A stretch of 64,000 nucleotides of DNA. Source: a virus (taxonomy: Duplodnaviria > Heunggongvirae > Uroviricota > Caudoviricetes). The notes under the pieces were generated by a model. That model saw nothing but the letters and a program-made list of their open reading frames with translations. It made no database searches and had not been told where the DNA came from. Positions 7,572 to 16,635 of the stretch are shown in pieces. The position numbers and the translations under genes were made by a program. Within the stretch, counting starts at the first letter, position 1; each line of letters begins with the position of its first letter. The stretch lies in the IMG/VR virus record IMGVR_UViG_3300010344_001272, positions 11,046 through 75,045 of that record; one strand, 5' to 3'.

Positions 7572-7931
7572 ATGGAAGACAAAGATTTAGATATTAGAAT
7601 CACTCGGGGATCAGGCCCAGGGGGACAACATAAAAACAAGGTGGAAACTTGTGTTATTATAACTCATATTCCAACTGGTTTACAAGAGAAGTGTCAAGAA
7701 ACTCGTAGTAAAATTCAGAATCTTGAACTTGCTAAAGAAAGAATTAAAGCGAAAGTAGAGAAACTACAAGAGCAAAAAATTCAAGAGGCAAAAAATGAAC
7801 GCAGACGTGAATTAATTAAAAACCAGAAAGTAGTTCGTACATATAACTTTGTAAGAAATGAAGTTTATGATCATCGGACAAAAACAAAACACGATCTGAA
7901 AAAGTTTATGAGAGGAGAAATTGATCTATGA
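7572..7931 (+). CDS. arfB: ArfB-like peptidyl-tRNA hydrolase / class I release factor GGQ domain protein
   Basis: ITRGSGPGGQHKNKVETCV GGQ motif block followed by basic C-terminal tail. Confidence 0.75.
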   Translation: MEDKDLDIRITRGSGPGGQHKNKVETCVIITHIPTGLQEKCQETRSKIQNLELAKERIKAKVEKLQEQKIQEAKNERRRELIKNQKVVRTYNFVRNEVYDHRTKTKHDLKKFMRGEIDL

Positions 7932-8119
7932 AACTTACACTCGAAAAAGATATAAAAGTAGCTGTTGAAGTAAATGGTGAAAAATTCATTGGATCCGAAG
8001 AGGGAATTTTATACCAAAGTATTACAGATACAGAAATTTTACTTTATATTAAAACAGAACCTGAAGGAAAAGAAATAAAAATTAAAATAGCAAAAGATGT
8101 TAATAATCAAGGTGCATGA
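7928..8119 (+). CDS. hypothetical small protein
   Basis: 63-aa ORF, overlaps start of bS21 gene in another frame. Confidence 0.25.
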   Translation: MKLTLEKDIKVAVEVNGEKFIGSEEGILYQSITDTEILLYIKTEPEGKEIKIKIAKDVNNQGA

Positions 8120-8297
8120 GGGTGAAAATATTGACAAAGCCCTTAAGAGATTCAAAAGAAAATTCAACATGATTGGAGTTGCTAGTGAATTACGTGAAAG
8201 AGAACAATTCACAAAGCCTTCTGTAAAAAAGAGGCAAATAAAACAGAAAGCTAAATACAGACAATACATGCAGAGAAAAGAAGAAATGGGCGAATAA
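8097..8297 (+). CDS. rpsU: ribosomal protein bS21
   Basis: MLIIKVHEGENIDKALKRFKRKFNMIGVASELREREQFTKPSVKKRQIK matches the S21 family pattern over its full length. Confidence 0.8.
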   Translation: MLIIKVHEGENIDKALKRFKRKFNMIGVASELREREQFTKPSVKKRQIKQKAKYRQYMQRKEEMGE

Positions 8298-8301
8298 CAA
8301 T

Positions 8302-8377
8302 GGTTCGGTAGCTCAATGGATAGAGCAACAGCCTTCTAAGCTGTCGGTTGAGCGTTCGAGTCGCTCCCGAATCACCA
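8302..8377 (+). tRNA. tRNA-Arg(TCT), CCA encoded (second copy of this anticodon)
   Basis: acceptor GGTTCGG/CCGAATC, D arm GCTC-AATGGATA-GAGC, anticodon stem ACAGC/GCTGT, loop CTTCTAA. Confidence 0.85.
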
Positions 8378-8393
8378 ATTTAAATTTTCATTT

Positions 8394-8876
8394 ATGACAG
8401 CACTTTATATTATAATGTTAACCATATTTGTTGGTTATATTTCATGGATATGGGCCAGATATGGTGTATTACCATCTATTTCCCATAGTTATTATTCACT
8501 TCCCGACAATCTTAAATTTATATTTACTTTATGGTCTTGGGGATATGCAATTCCAGCTATCATTGTAGCTTCAACACCATTAATGTTTTTTGCCGGGGCG
8601 GGAATTTGTTTTGTAGGTGCGGCAGCAGCGTATCGAGAAAAAATGACCGAGACTGTTCATATAATTGGAGCAGCATGCGCAATTATTTTTAGTCAATTAT
8701 CTATAATAATCGATTTTGATATGTGGTATGTTACGGTTGCTTTTGCTGCAATTGCTTTACCACTTGCCTTAACAAGATTTTCAAAGAAAGGAATATGTCC
8801 AAATAGAACTTGGTGGGTTGAAATTTTAGCATTTATAACAATAGCTTTAGTATTAGGAATAAAATTATGGTCGTAA
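8394..8876 (+). CDS. polytopic membrane protein
   Basis: about 5 hydrophobic helices. Confidence 0.4.
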   Translation: MTALYIIMLTIFVGYISWIWARYGVLPSISHSYYSLPDNLKFIFTLWSWGYAIPAIIVASTPLMFFAGAGICFVGAAAAYREKMTETVHIIGAACAIIFSQLSIIIDFDMWYVTVAFAAIALPLALTRFSKKGICPNRTWWVEILAFITIALVLGIKLWS

Positions 8877-9142
8877 AGTTGGTATCATATGATGGTTCAT
8901 ATCCAAACTTATGTAGTGGTAAGTTAATTCTTTCTGTTGATGAAAAGGAATGGGTTTTTCCATCATATTGTTTATCAAGTGGCGGCAGCGTATGGTTTGA
9001 CAATGACTGGAGTGAACATGTTGAAGATGGTCCTTGGGGTATAGGTGAATGGCCTGAAGGTTTTCCTGAAGAAGCTAAGGAAGAAGCTTTAAGTGTTATT
9101 AACGAAGAAATTTCCTGGGGTTGTTGCGGAGGATGTGTATGA
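8867..9142 (+). CDS. hypothetical protein
   Basis: 91-aa ORF with C-terminal CCGGC. Confidence 0.3.
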   Translation: MVVKLVSYDGSYPNLCSGKLILSVDEKEWVFPSYCLSSGGSVWFDNDWSEHVEDGPWGIGEWPEGFPEEAKEEALSVINEEISWGCCGGCV

Positions 9143-9384
9143 CAGCGCAAGAATACATAGATGCTTGGGATATAAGATGGGAAAATCATTTTAGATACTC
9201 TGTTTTAGTTGAAGAATTAAGTAATTTACAAGGAATTGATGTAGTTGCCCAGATGGAATCTGTTTTAATAGCCGAAATGACTAAGGAGGTTGACAAACAT
9301 ATACAAAACGATATACAGAGATTATTTAATATGAGTATACAACAATCAGAAAAAATTAACACAATAGTCGATGGAATCCTATAA
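9121..9384 (+). CDS. hypothetical protein
   Basis: 87-aa ORF. Confidence 0.3.
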   Translation: MLRRMCMTAQEYIDAWDIRWENHFRYSVLVEELSNLQGIDVVAQMESVLIAEMTKEVDKHIQNDIQRLFNMSIQQSEKINTIVDGIL

Positions 9385-10003
9385 TTCCATACCAAAATGG
9401 AGTGAAGATTATTTTGGCAAATATGTATTCGCATTTGACAAAATAGACGGTTCCAATTTCAGAGCTGAATGGAATCGAAAATTATCTAAAAAATCCCGCT
9501 TTACATATGGTTTTGGAAAATTTGGAACCAGACAAGACAGAATAAAATTTATTAAAGATCCATATTGTGAAGGTATTGAAATATTTAAAAACAAATTTTC
9601 GGAAAAATTAGATAAGATATTCTTAGAAAACAAAACGTTTAGAAACATTGATAATATCACAGTATTTGGAGAATTTTATGGATCTAAAAGCTTTGCTGGA
9701 ATGCATGATTGGAGTGAAAAACATGATGTCAAAATTTTTGATGTATTTTTAGATAGAAAAGGAATTTTGCCCCCATCTGATTTTATAAAAATATTTGAAG
9801 GATTAGATACATGCAAACTTATATTTGCGGGAATTTTTTCTCAAAGTTATTTAGAGTTAATTGAAAAAAATATATTAAATTTACAAGAAGGAGTTGTTTG
9901 TAAAGGGGTTGAAAACCAAGAGGTATTCATGTTCAAAATAAAAACACTGAAATGGCTTCAGAAGGTAAGAGATTTATATGGTAATGAAAGAACTGATTAT
10001 TAG
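9371..10003 (+). CDS. ATP-dependent RNA ligase, Rnl2-like nucleotidyltransferase domain only
   Basis: motif I KIDGSNFRAEW, motif III FGEFYG, motif IV EGVVCKG, motif V FKIK. Confidence 0.6.
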   Translation: MESYNSIPKWSEDYFGKYVFAFDKIDGSNFRAEWNRKLSKKSRFTYGFGKFGTRQDRIKFIKDPYCEGIEIFKNKFSEKLDKIFLENKTFRNIDNITVFGEFYGSKSFAGMHDWSEKHDVKIFDVFLDRKGILPPSDFIKIFEGLDTCKLIFAGIFSQSYLELIEKNILNLQEGVVCKGVENQEVFMFKIKTLKWLQKVRDLYGNERTDY

Positions 10004-10262
10004 ATCGGCAATTACAGTTGACGAACTTGTTCTTCAATGGGAAGCAAAACAAGAGTTACGATTTATTTTTGATGGATTTCCTCAATTAAATATACTTCGT
10101 CCAACTGCATCATTGATCGCAAATGATTTAGTTTCAGTACAACCCATGGCAGCTCCTACAGGAGTATTCCATTATATAGAATATGTTTATAATGGAACCC
10201 CAGATAGACCGTTTAATGAAATGCAACATGATTGCGGAATTGAAAAAACTTTAAGTGAATGA
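9978..10262 (+). CDS. 94-aa ORF homologous to the N-terminal conserved core of gp23-family major capsid proteins (fragment or mini-paralog)
   Basis: LVSVQPMAAPTGVFHYIEYVYNG aligns with VNVVPMPGPTGVISYLDYVYAGG of the full capsid gene at 39095 and with T4 gp23 ICGVQPMNSPTGQVFALRAVYG. Confidence 0.4.
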   Translation: MVMKELIIRSAITVDELVLQWEAKQELRFIFDGFPQLNILRPTASLIANDLVSVQPMAAPTGVFHYIEYVYNGTPDRPFNEMQHDCGIEKTLSE

Positions 10263-10444
10263 AGAACTATAAATCTAAAAGAAAAGATTTAAGAGATCGA
10301 AAAAGAGAGATAATGGAAGTTGGATTTGACTCTTCAAAAGATAGAAAAAGAGTTGTTGAATCCTTTAAAAGAGAATCTCGTTCATTGAAAAGAAGTGAAA
10401 AGAATTCTTTCAAGAATTCTTGGAGAAGTGAATACGGTATTTAA
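10259..10444 (+). CDS. hypothetical basic protein
   Basis: 61-aa K/R-rich ORF. Confidence 0.2.
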   Translation: MKNYKSKRKDLRDRKREIMEVGFDSSKDRKRVVESFKRESRSLKRSEKNSFKNSWRSEYGI

Positions 10445-10521
10445 GGCCTTATAGCTCAATTGGATAGAGCACCTGACTACGGATCAGGAGGTTATGGGTT
10501 CGACTCCCTTTAAGGTCACCA
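10445..10521 (+). tRNA. tRNA-Arg(ACG), CCA encoded
   Basis: acceptor GGCCTTA/TAAGGTC, D arm GCTC-AATTGGATA-GAGC, anticodon stem CCTGA/TCAGG, loop CTACGGA. Confidence 0.85.
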
Positions 10522-10523
10522 TC

Positions 10524-10597
10524 GCCTTCATAGCTCAATTGGATAGAGCATCTGACTTCGGATCAGATGGTTGAGGGTTCGAATCCTTCTGAGGGCG
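10524..10597 (+). tRNA. tRNA-Arg(TCG)
   Basis: acceptor GCCTTCA/TGAGGGC, same D arm, anticodon stem TCTGA/TCAGA, loop CTTCGGA. Confidence 0.85.
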
Positions 10598-10613
10598 CTT
10601 AATATATAATAAG

Positions 10614-10814
10614 ATGAGTGATAAACTTGAAAATTTGTTGGCTATTTTGTTCTGTGTCATATTTGCAATTAGTGTAGGAATATATTACTTTGTTAGTATG
10701 ACTATTGGGGGGATGGATGGCCGGTTTGACGATTTGTTTGGGGATTTCATACATGTTAGCTCAATCATTTCGTTATGCTTGGATAAGTATCAAGCAGCTA
10801 TCAGACCAAATTGA
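10614..10814 (+). CDS. small membrane protein
   Basis: 66 aa, one or two TM helices. Confidence 0.25.
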   Translation: MSDKLENLLAILFCVIFAISVGIYYFVSMTIGGMDGRFDDLFGDFIHVSSIISLCLDKYQAAIRPN

Positions 10815-10848
10815 TAGTTTAAAAAAATAAAGAGTATGGACGACGAGG

Positions 10849-11082
10849 GTGGTAGTCAAAAAAGAAAAATTATCAACTGTGTTTCTAATGTTAGGAACTT
10901 TCTTCAATCCATTAGGATACGATGCGCTATTGAAGGCTTTACTGGATTGGACAGGCAATTATTGGCTTTCAATTTCCATTTTTTACCTTGTCTCAGCTTG
11001 TTTCTTTACGCTATATTTTGTATTTTCTAAAACAAATCCATTGAATTTGTTTCGAAAAAATAAAAAAAATGCCCATTCATAA
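10849..11082 (+). CDS. small membrane protein
   Basis: 77 aa, hydrophobic. Confidence 0.25.
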   Translation: MVVKKEKLSTVFLMLGTFFNPLGYDALLKALLDWTGNYWLSISIFYLVSACFFTLYFVFSKTNPLNLFRKNKKNAHS

Positions 11083-11383
11083 AATATTCGTAAAAATTTT
11101 TTTAAAATTATTTTCTGGATTCAAATTTTGTTTTATATTCACGTCATATTTCTTACACAATATGACCCTTTTAAAGCCCACCTTTTACGGAGACACAATG
11201 GAACTTCTGGTTCCAGTTAAATCCAATGATTATTTTTTAGAACAGGTTGACGTCGATATGTTTACTGGAAAAAGACGGTACTATAATATTATTGACGGGC
11301 ACGCGAAGGTCTATGGTTATTTACCCGGAGAAGGCGAACGTATTCCTAATCCAAAAACAACAATTTGGTTCTTTCCAAACTAG
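11069..11383 (+). CDS. hypothetical protein
   Basis: 104-aa ORF. Confidence 0.3.
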   Translation: MPIHKIFVKIFLKLFSGFKFCFIFTSYFLHNMTLLKPTFYGDTMELLVPVKSNDYFLEQVDVDMFTGKRRYYNIIDGHAKVYGYLPGEGERIPNPKTTIWFFPN

Positions 11384-11404
11384 TAACATTTAAATTTATA
11401 CAAT

Positions 11405-11887
11405 ATGAAAAAAGTTTTGCTCTTCCTCGTAATGTTTGTTTCACTCAGTATGATAACAAACGCACAAACTCCTATGGCATTACGTGTCCAGGGAGGGTAT
11501 TCTTGGATTAATGGTGTCGTTGGTGGTGAACTTCAAATTGGAAAATTTGGAGTAAGCGGTGGATGGATGCCATGTAAAATGCCATTGAGTGGTGATAAAA
11601 TAAGCTCAATTGGTGGTGCTCTTACTTACTACACACTTCCTGCAGACGAAGAAGGATATTCTTATTATGCATCAGTGGGTGTTGCTTCTCAAGGCTACCG
11701 ATATGAATTAACAAGTTCATGGGGATATGGCGAAGAAGCAACTTTACCTATGACAATCATAATGGTTGGTTACAAATATGACAGTGGCGGAGTTAACTTT
11801 AAACTCGGCGGAGGTTATGGATGGTGTGAAGAAGCTGGCGCCTGGACATTTGAAGCAACATTGGGATTTACACTTTTCGGAAATTAA
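11405..11887 (+). CDS. secreted Gly/Tyr-rich protein, possible small beta-barrel
   Basis: signal peptide MKKVLLFLVMFVSLSMITNAQT, alternating G/Y/W-rich strands. Confidence 0.4.
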   Translation: MKKVLLFLVMFVSLSMITNAQTPMALRVQGGYSWINGVVGGELQIGKFGVSGGWMPCKMPLSGDKISSIGGALTYYTLPADEEGYSYYASVGVASQGYRYELTSSWGYGEEATLPMTIIMVGYKYDSGGVNFKLGGGYGWCEEAGAWTFEATLGFTLFGN

Positions 11888-11888
11888 C

Positions 11889-12554
11889 ATGAAAAAACTA
11901 ATCTTTTTGCCGATTTTGATATTATTGATGTTTTCGTGTGAAGAACCGAACACAGCACCTAATATCGTTAATTTGATAGCAAGTGCTCAAACGGTAGAAA
12001 GCGAAGGAACATTGATGTTATCATGTGAAGCCCAAGACCTAGATGGAGACCCTATAATGTACAGATGGTCTTGTGTTTCAGGAACTTTCTTATCTGGAAC
12101 GTCTTCTTCGACTGTAATGTGGAAGGCTCCTCGTACGAATTCTGAAACAATTTCTAAGATTACTGTGCAAATAGCTGATGCAGAACATCCATTCGATAGT
12201 CCATTCATGGATTCACGCGCCATAATAATAATGGTAGACCCCTCTGCGCCAAGTTGTGTTAAAGAAAATTATGGAACGATGATAATCAAGAACACTAATA
12301 CTTATGCTATACGAGTTTATTGTTCAAGAGAAGACCCAAGCTGCCCACAGTGTGTAACTATTGACCCAACTCCAGTGGTAGCATTGGCTCCTAATCAATC
12401 CACAACGTTTAATATCAAACCTGGAAATATTGTGGCATGGTGTATTTCAGAAGCTAATTGGCAATTGGGGTTGGGGGGTCCTTGGACTACAACTATACCA
12501 TTTCCATTAACTCAATGTGAAATAAGAACATTAAATTGGGGACCTGGCAAATAA
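11889..12554 (+). CDS. lipoprotein with Ig/PKD-like segment and C-terminal Cys-rich small beta domain
   Basis: start at internal ATG giving MKKLIFLPILILLMFSC lipobox (ORF-track N-terminal extension overlaps upstream gene); C-terminal CVKENYGTMIIKNTNTYAIRVYC shared with 13108 ORF. Confidence 0.45.
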   Translation: MKKLIFLPILILLMFSCEEPNTAPNIVNLIASAQTVESEGTLMLSCEAQDLDGDPIMYRWSCVSGTFLSGTSSSTVMWKAPRTNSETISKITVQIADAEHPFDSPFMDSRAIIIMVDPSAPSCVKENYGTMIIKNTNTYAIRVYCSREDPSCPQCVTIDPTPVVALAPNQSTTFNIKPGNIVAWCISEANWQLGLGGPWTTTIPFPLTQCEIRTLNWGPGK

Positions 12555-12565
12555 CAATAAAAAAT

Positions 12566-13090
12566 ATGAAAAATCTACTAATCATTTTCATCACAACATT
12601 GTTTCTTACCTCGTGTGGGTGGGGAACCTTCGTGCAGGATATGAATTCTGCAAACAATAATCCTAACCGAACTTCATTTGCTGCAGAAATGCAAGAAATT
12701 CGAGATGCTGGCGGTGATATAACGTATACTGCTTTTATGACACATAATGCCATATTTCATGGTGATAATGTACCAAAAACGTTGGAGCAGCACAATAGTT
12801 ATTTCTGTGAATATACTCTTAACGATCAAACATATTTCAAAATTGTTGCATATGAAGCCACAGATCACTTGACAGCACTTGTTTGTACGGATCTAAAACT
12901 TGAAGGTTATTATGAACAAGAAGGACCATTCAATTGGTTTGCTGGGTGTATTGATATGGCTGATGATCAGAAATGCAAATTGCTTTTTTCTGCAGAGTCT
13001 TCTACTTTTCTTGTTATTTATAAAAAGGGAGAATATGGAAGGGCCTTTAAAGGAAGCATATTAAGTGGAATAAATGTACCTCGTAATTAA
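12566..13090 (+). CDS. lipoprotein
   Basis: MKNLLIIFITTLFLTSC lipobox at first ATG; ORF-track start 12536 is a TTG upstream. Confidence 0.45.
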   Translation: MKNLLIIFITTLFLTSCGWGTFVQDMNSANNNPNRTSFAAEMQEIRDAGGDITYTAFMTHNAIFHGDNVPKTLEQHNSYFCEYTLNDQTYFKIVAYEATDHLTALVCTDLKLEGYYEQEGPFNWFAGCIDMADDQKCKLLFSAESSTFLVIYKKGEYGRAFKGSILSGINVPRN

Positions 13091-13107
13091 TTAATTAACA
13101 CAAATAA

Positions 13108-13356
13108 ATGAAAACAAGAGCTCTTTTAAAATTTTCAGCTATTATAGTAGCTGGATTGATGATCCTAGGATTAAATTCCTGTACTAAAAAACCTTGTGAA
13201 AAGGATAATTTTGGAACTGTAATTGTCACTAACCATACAGGTCAGGTGATTTATGTCGATTGTACACAGGCAGGCAGCGATTATAATGACGAACGAATGC
13301 TTGGTATCGGACAGTCAACTACATATCACATGACTCCCGGACAAATAACCGAATAG
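13108..13356 (+). CDS. small lipoprotein of the CxKDNFGTVIVTN family
   Basis: lipobox ILGLNSC; CEKDNFGTVIVTNHTGQVIYVDC parallels 11889 ORF C-terminus. Confidence 0.4.
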   Translation: MKTRALLKFSAIIVAGLMILGLNSCTKKPCEKDNFGTVIVTNHTGQVIYVDCTQAGSDYNDERMLGIGQSTTYHMTPGQITE

Positions 13357-13547
13357 GCAATTGAGGCCTGGGACTATCCGAACGGTTCATGGTATACTGA
13401 CAGCTATTATCTCGGTCAGTGCGAAACACATAACGATCCCTGGACAGACGGTAAAAAGAAAAGTACCAAAAACTTGGAAAAATTGGATGTGAAGGTAAAT
13501 TCCACTATAAAGATTACCCACGAATAATTTTTCAATTTCACATATAA

Positions 13548-13578
13548 AAAGAGCTCTAGTTTAGAGCTCTTTTTTTGT
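13548..13578 (+). terminator. Rho-independent terminator
   Basis: AGAGCTCTA gtt TAGAGCTCT followed by T7. Confidence 0.65.
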
Positions 13579-13580
13579 TT

Positions 13581-13598
13581 GGATATATAATAAAATTA
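13581..13598 (+). promoter_or_regulatory. T4-late-like promoter motif GGATATATAATAAAATTA
   Basis: 10 nt upstream of M23 peptidase ATG. Confidence 0.4.
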
Positions 13599-13607
13599 TT
13601 TCTATGG

Positions 13608-14558
13608 ATGAAGTTTTATACATATCAAAAAGATACTGTTTCGTATCAACGATATAAGTTTTTTAGACTAAAATTCATCATTCCCTTTTTACTTTTTCAA
13701 TCAGTTATAGCATTTATTGTTTTTATTTTAATTGCTACATTTTATACAACACCTAAAGAAAAAATATTAAAACAAGATGTTGCATATTTGTTATACGAAT
13801 TTGATAATGTAAATAAAAGGATGATTGAAACTGAAGCCACATTAGAACAAATTAAACAAAATGATAGTATCATTTATCAATCCTTGTTCGATGTTAATAC
13901 CATAGCAAAAAAGGAATTAAATGTTTATTATGAGGATTTAGAAGGAAATAAATACAGTCAAATGGTTGAATTAACAAATCAAAAACTATCTGAATTAAGC
14001 GCAAGATTAGCAAAAGAATTATATCGTTTAGATGGAATGGTTAAAACTGCTTATTCACATCAAGAAATGCTAACTCATTTGCCTGCTATTCAGCCTATTG
14101 ATAATAAAGATTTAAAAAGGACTGCGTCAGGATGGGGTATGAGAATTCATCCAGTTTATAACATTCAAAAATTCCACTATGGATTGGACTTTACAGCACC
14201 TACAGGAACTTCTATTTATTCAACTGGGGACGGGGTAGTTGAATATGCAATTCCTTATACTAGCAAAGATTCCCAAGGCTATGGAAATGTGATGATTATC
14301 AATCATGGATATGGATATAGAACCTTATATGCCCATATGAATAAATTTAAAGCAAAGATTGGACAGCAAGTTAAAAGAGGAGAAATAATTGGATATGTTG
14401 GAAATACAGGAATATCTACAGGTCCTCATTTACATTATGAAGTTATAAAGGATGGGCAAAAAGTAAATCCTATCTATTATCTATTTAATAGTTTGACTCC
14501 TGAAGAATATCAAAAAATAATCGAGATATCGAATTCAATAACTAAATCTTATGATTAA
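13608..14558 (+). CDS. M23 family metallopeptidase (LytM-like), membrane anchored
   Basis: HYGLDFTAPTGTSIYSTGDGVV ... NHGYGYRTLYAHM ... GNTGISTGPHLHYEV; N-terminal TM helix; start moved to first ATG after promoter box. Confidence 0.75.
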   Translation: MKFYTYQKDTVSYQRYKFFRLKFIIPFLLFQSVIAFIVFILIATFYTTPKEKILKQDVAYLLYEFDNVNKRMIETEATLEQIKQNDSIIYQSLFDVNTIAKKELNVYYEDLEGNKYSQMVELTNQKLSELSARLAKELYRLDGMVKTAYSHQEMLTHLPAIQPIDNKDLKRTASGWGMRIHPVYNIQKFHYGLDFTAPTGTSIYSTGDGVVEYAIPYTSKDSQGYGNVMIINHGYGYRTLYAHMNKFKAKIGQQVKRGEIIGYVGNTGISTGPHLHYEVIKDGQKVNPIYYLFNSLTPEEYQKIIEISNSITKSYD

Positions 14559-14584
14559 AATGGAAGATTAAAACTTTTGATGAA

Positions 14585-14974
14585 TTGAAGAATAAAATAA
14601 ATAAAATAACTATGGAAGATATTACGAAAGAACAATTTCTTGAGGTTTATAATCAGCATTTGCCAAATAAGTGGATAAAATTTATTTACAAATATTTTTC
14701 TCAAGGAACTACGGAAGAAAATTTGAAACCAAGTAAAATAATAACTGCTATCTTACTTATTTTATTTGTTTCAGGATTTTTTGCTACAGTTTTAGGATTA
14801 CCCAAGGCAGCCATTTTGCCTATAGTAATACTTTATGCTATCATATTAACAGCATTAGTTGGTTCAATGTTTTCAGCAGTAATATTGAATAATTTAAGAA
14901 TACGTAAAATACGAAAAAAATTAGGGTTAACAGTGTGGCAATATAATTTACTTGCAGACTTATACGTAGAATGA
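14585..14974 (+). CDS. membrane protein
   Basis: two TM helices. Confidence 0.35.
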   Translation: MKNKINKITMEDITKEQFLEVYNQHLPNKWIKFIYKYFSQGTTEENLKPSKIITAILLILFVSGFFATVLGLPKAAILPIVILYAIILTALVGSMFSAVILNNLRIRKIRKKLGLTVWQYNLLADLYVE

Positions 14975-15453
14975 AAAAACTTTTAATAATATTATCTCTC
15001 ATATTATTTTCATGTGGCCCTTCTCCAGAGCAAAAAATAATAAAATCTTTTGAAGATGGCAGACATCGTAATCATTTTAAAATAAATAATGTATCTATTT
15101 ATGACACTATTTATTATGTAGATATTATTGATTCACTTGAATTTTACGAAAATAAAGTTCGTTTAATTCGAACACAAATAGATGGTCTTAGGGGATTTAG
15201 AGATAGTGTTTTTAAATTAAATTACCCAGATTCTACTCGCAGATCAATTCTTCAAAAGAGATTTGATTTGGACAGGGAATTACAAAGAGATTTACATCAT
15301 GCTTCAAGCCAACAAATGAATAGATATACATTTTATAATATGAATGATAGTATTTGTGGTTATCTAGTCAAAATTTATACTCCTCGAGATACATTTGATT
15401 TTGTTGTTACATCAAAATATACAATAGTTTGTCCAACTTTTATGTTTTATTAA
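14971..15453 (+). CDS. lipoprotein
   Basis: MKKLLIILSLILFSCGPSPE lipobox. Confidence 0.4.
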   Translation: MKKLLIILSLILFSCGPSPEQKIIKSFEDGRHRNHFKINNVSIYDTIYYVDIIDSLEFYENKVRLIRTQIDGLRGFRDSVFKLNYPDSTRRSILQKRFDLDRELQRDLHHASSQQMNRYTFYNMNDSICGYLVKIYTPRDTFDFVVTSKYTIVCPTFMFY

Positions 15454-15454
15454 A

Positions 15455-16048
15455 ATGAATCCATTTATTGTTTATAAGGAAATATTAGATAAATATCTGC
15501 ATTCTGATTCTTCTTTAAAATTGCAACAAGCTTGGAGTGAACCTCATAGAAAATATCACACAACTGAGCATTTAATATCTGTCTTAAAATATTTAGACAA
15601 ATATAGATTTGGGCTGCCTAATGAATTTTATGATGCTTTAGTGTTAGCTGCTTTTTTTCATGATTGTTACTATGATCCTAAAAGTTCTAGAAATAATGAA
15701 GATGAATCAATACGTCGATTTCTTTCTGAATTTCGAACAAAGGGTGATAATTGGAATATACGGAATGCTGTGATGGCAATGATCGAAGCAACTAAATATC
15801 GCAAACGTCCATCACAATATTTAGTTCGTTTATTTTGGGAAGCGGACAATCATCAATTTTATGATGGATATGAAACACTTTTAAAGAATGAACATTTAAT
15901 TAGACAAGAATTTATTCATCTTCCTAAGTCTGTTTATAGAACTAATCGTATAAAATTTCTAAAAACTAACATCGGTCTTTTTAATTCTAATGTTGATAAT
16001 GATCTAAGAAAACTGATGAAATACGTCGAGGATATATATAAAAATTAA
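15455..16048 (+). CDS. HD-domain phosphohydrolase-like protein
   Basis: HRKYHTTEHL ... AAFFHDCYYDP resembles H..H...HD metal site. Confidence 0.4.
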   Translation: MNPFIVYKEILDKYLHSDSSLKLQQAWSEPHRKYHTTEHLISVLKYLDKYRFGLPNEFYDALVLAAFFHDCYYDPKSSRNNEDESIRRFLSEFRTKGDNWNIRNAVMAMIEATKYRKRPSQYLVRLFWEADNHQFYDGYETLLKNEHLIRQEFIHLPKSVYRTNRIKFLKTNIGLFNSNVDNDLRKLMKYVEDIYKN

Positions 16049-16056
16049 TTATTCAG

Positions 16057-16422
16057 ATGGAAGATGTTAAGTTAGTAGCGGAATCATTACAAGACTTTGA
16101 TAAAATTGATGAAGGAATAGGTGATTTCTTCGCTGGTGCCAAATCAGCAATTTCTTTAGCCCTTAAAAATCCTAATGATGAAGATAAAGTAAATTCAGCT
16201 GTAAAAACTGCTTTTGCTAGACAATTTGGAAAATATCCTAAAATTAAAGAGACTATACTAGGATGGGAATTACAAAAGAAAATAGAGCTATTAAAATTAG
16301 CAGCTAAGAGATTAGAAGATAAAAAGATTGGGTCTTTATCCGTTGTTAAAAAGGATGGAAAAATTTTAGTTGTTGGAGTTCCATTAGAAGGAGGAGCAAC
16401 AACTTCGACAGGAGTTAGATAA
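16057..16422 (+). CDS. hypothetical protein
   Basis: 121-aa ORF. Confidence 0.35.
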   Translation: MEDVKLVAESLQDFDKIDEGIGDFFAGAKSAISLALKNPNDEDKVNSAVKTAFARQFGKYPKIKETILGWELQKKIELLKLAAKRLEDKKIGSLSVVKKDGKILVVGVPLEGGATTSTGVR

Positions 16423-16469
16423 AAAAAGCTGCAAAAAATTTTTTAGATTCAAAAACTTTTTGTATTTTT

Positions 16470-16487
16470 GCGTATATATAATAAAAG
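16470..16487 (+). promoter_or_regulatory. T4-late-like promoter motif GCGTATATATAATAAAAG driving a 23-codon micro-ORF (16501-16572)
   Basis: motif, tiny ORF MKCHSIHISSISSTESCLWPSYVN, then terminator. Confidence 0.35.
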
Positions 16488-16596
16488 AAATTTTTATAGA
16501 ATGAAGTGTCATAGCATACATATTAGTTCGATTAGTTCAACTGAAAGTTGTCTGTGGCCTTCTTATGTAAATTGAAGTACTAACTTTAAAAATTAA

Positions 16597-16630
16597 GGGA
16601 AGGCCTAAAAAGACCTTCCCTTTTTTGTTT
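16597..16630 (+). terminator. Rho-independent terminator
   Basis: GGGAAGG ... CCTTCCC followed by TTTTTTGTTTT. Confidence 0.65.
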
Positions 16631-16635
16631 TATAT

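Noticed and set aside
12536-12565. ORF-track N-terminal extensions (12536 TTG start, 11766 start, 13575 TTG start, 4736 start, 29013 start, 30621 start, 33936 start)
   Set aside because: Extensions overlap upstream genes or tRNAs; internal ATGs give lipoboxes, RBS or promoter boxes in the right place, so shorter starts were used.
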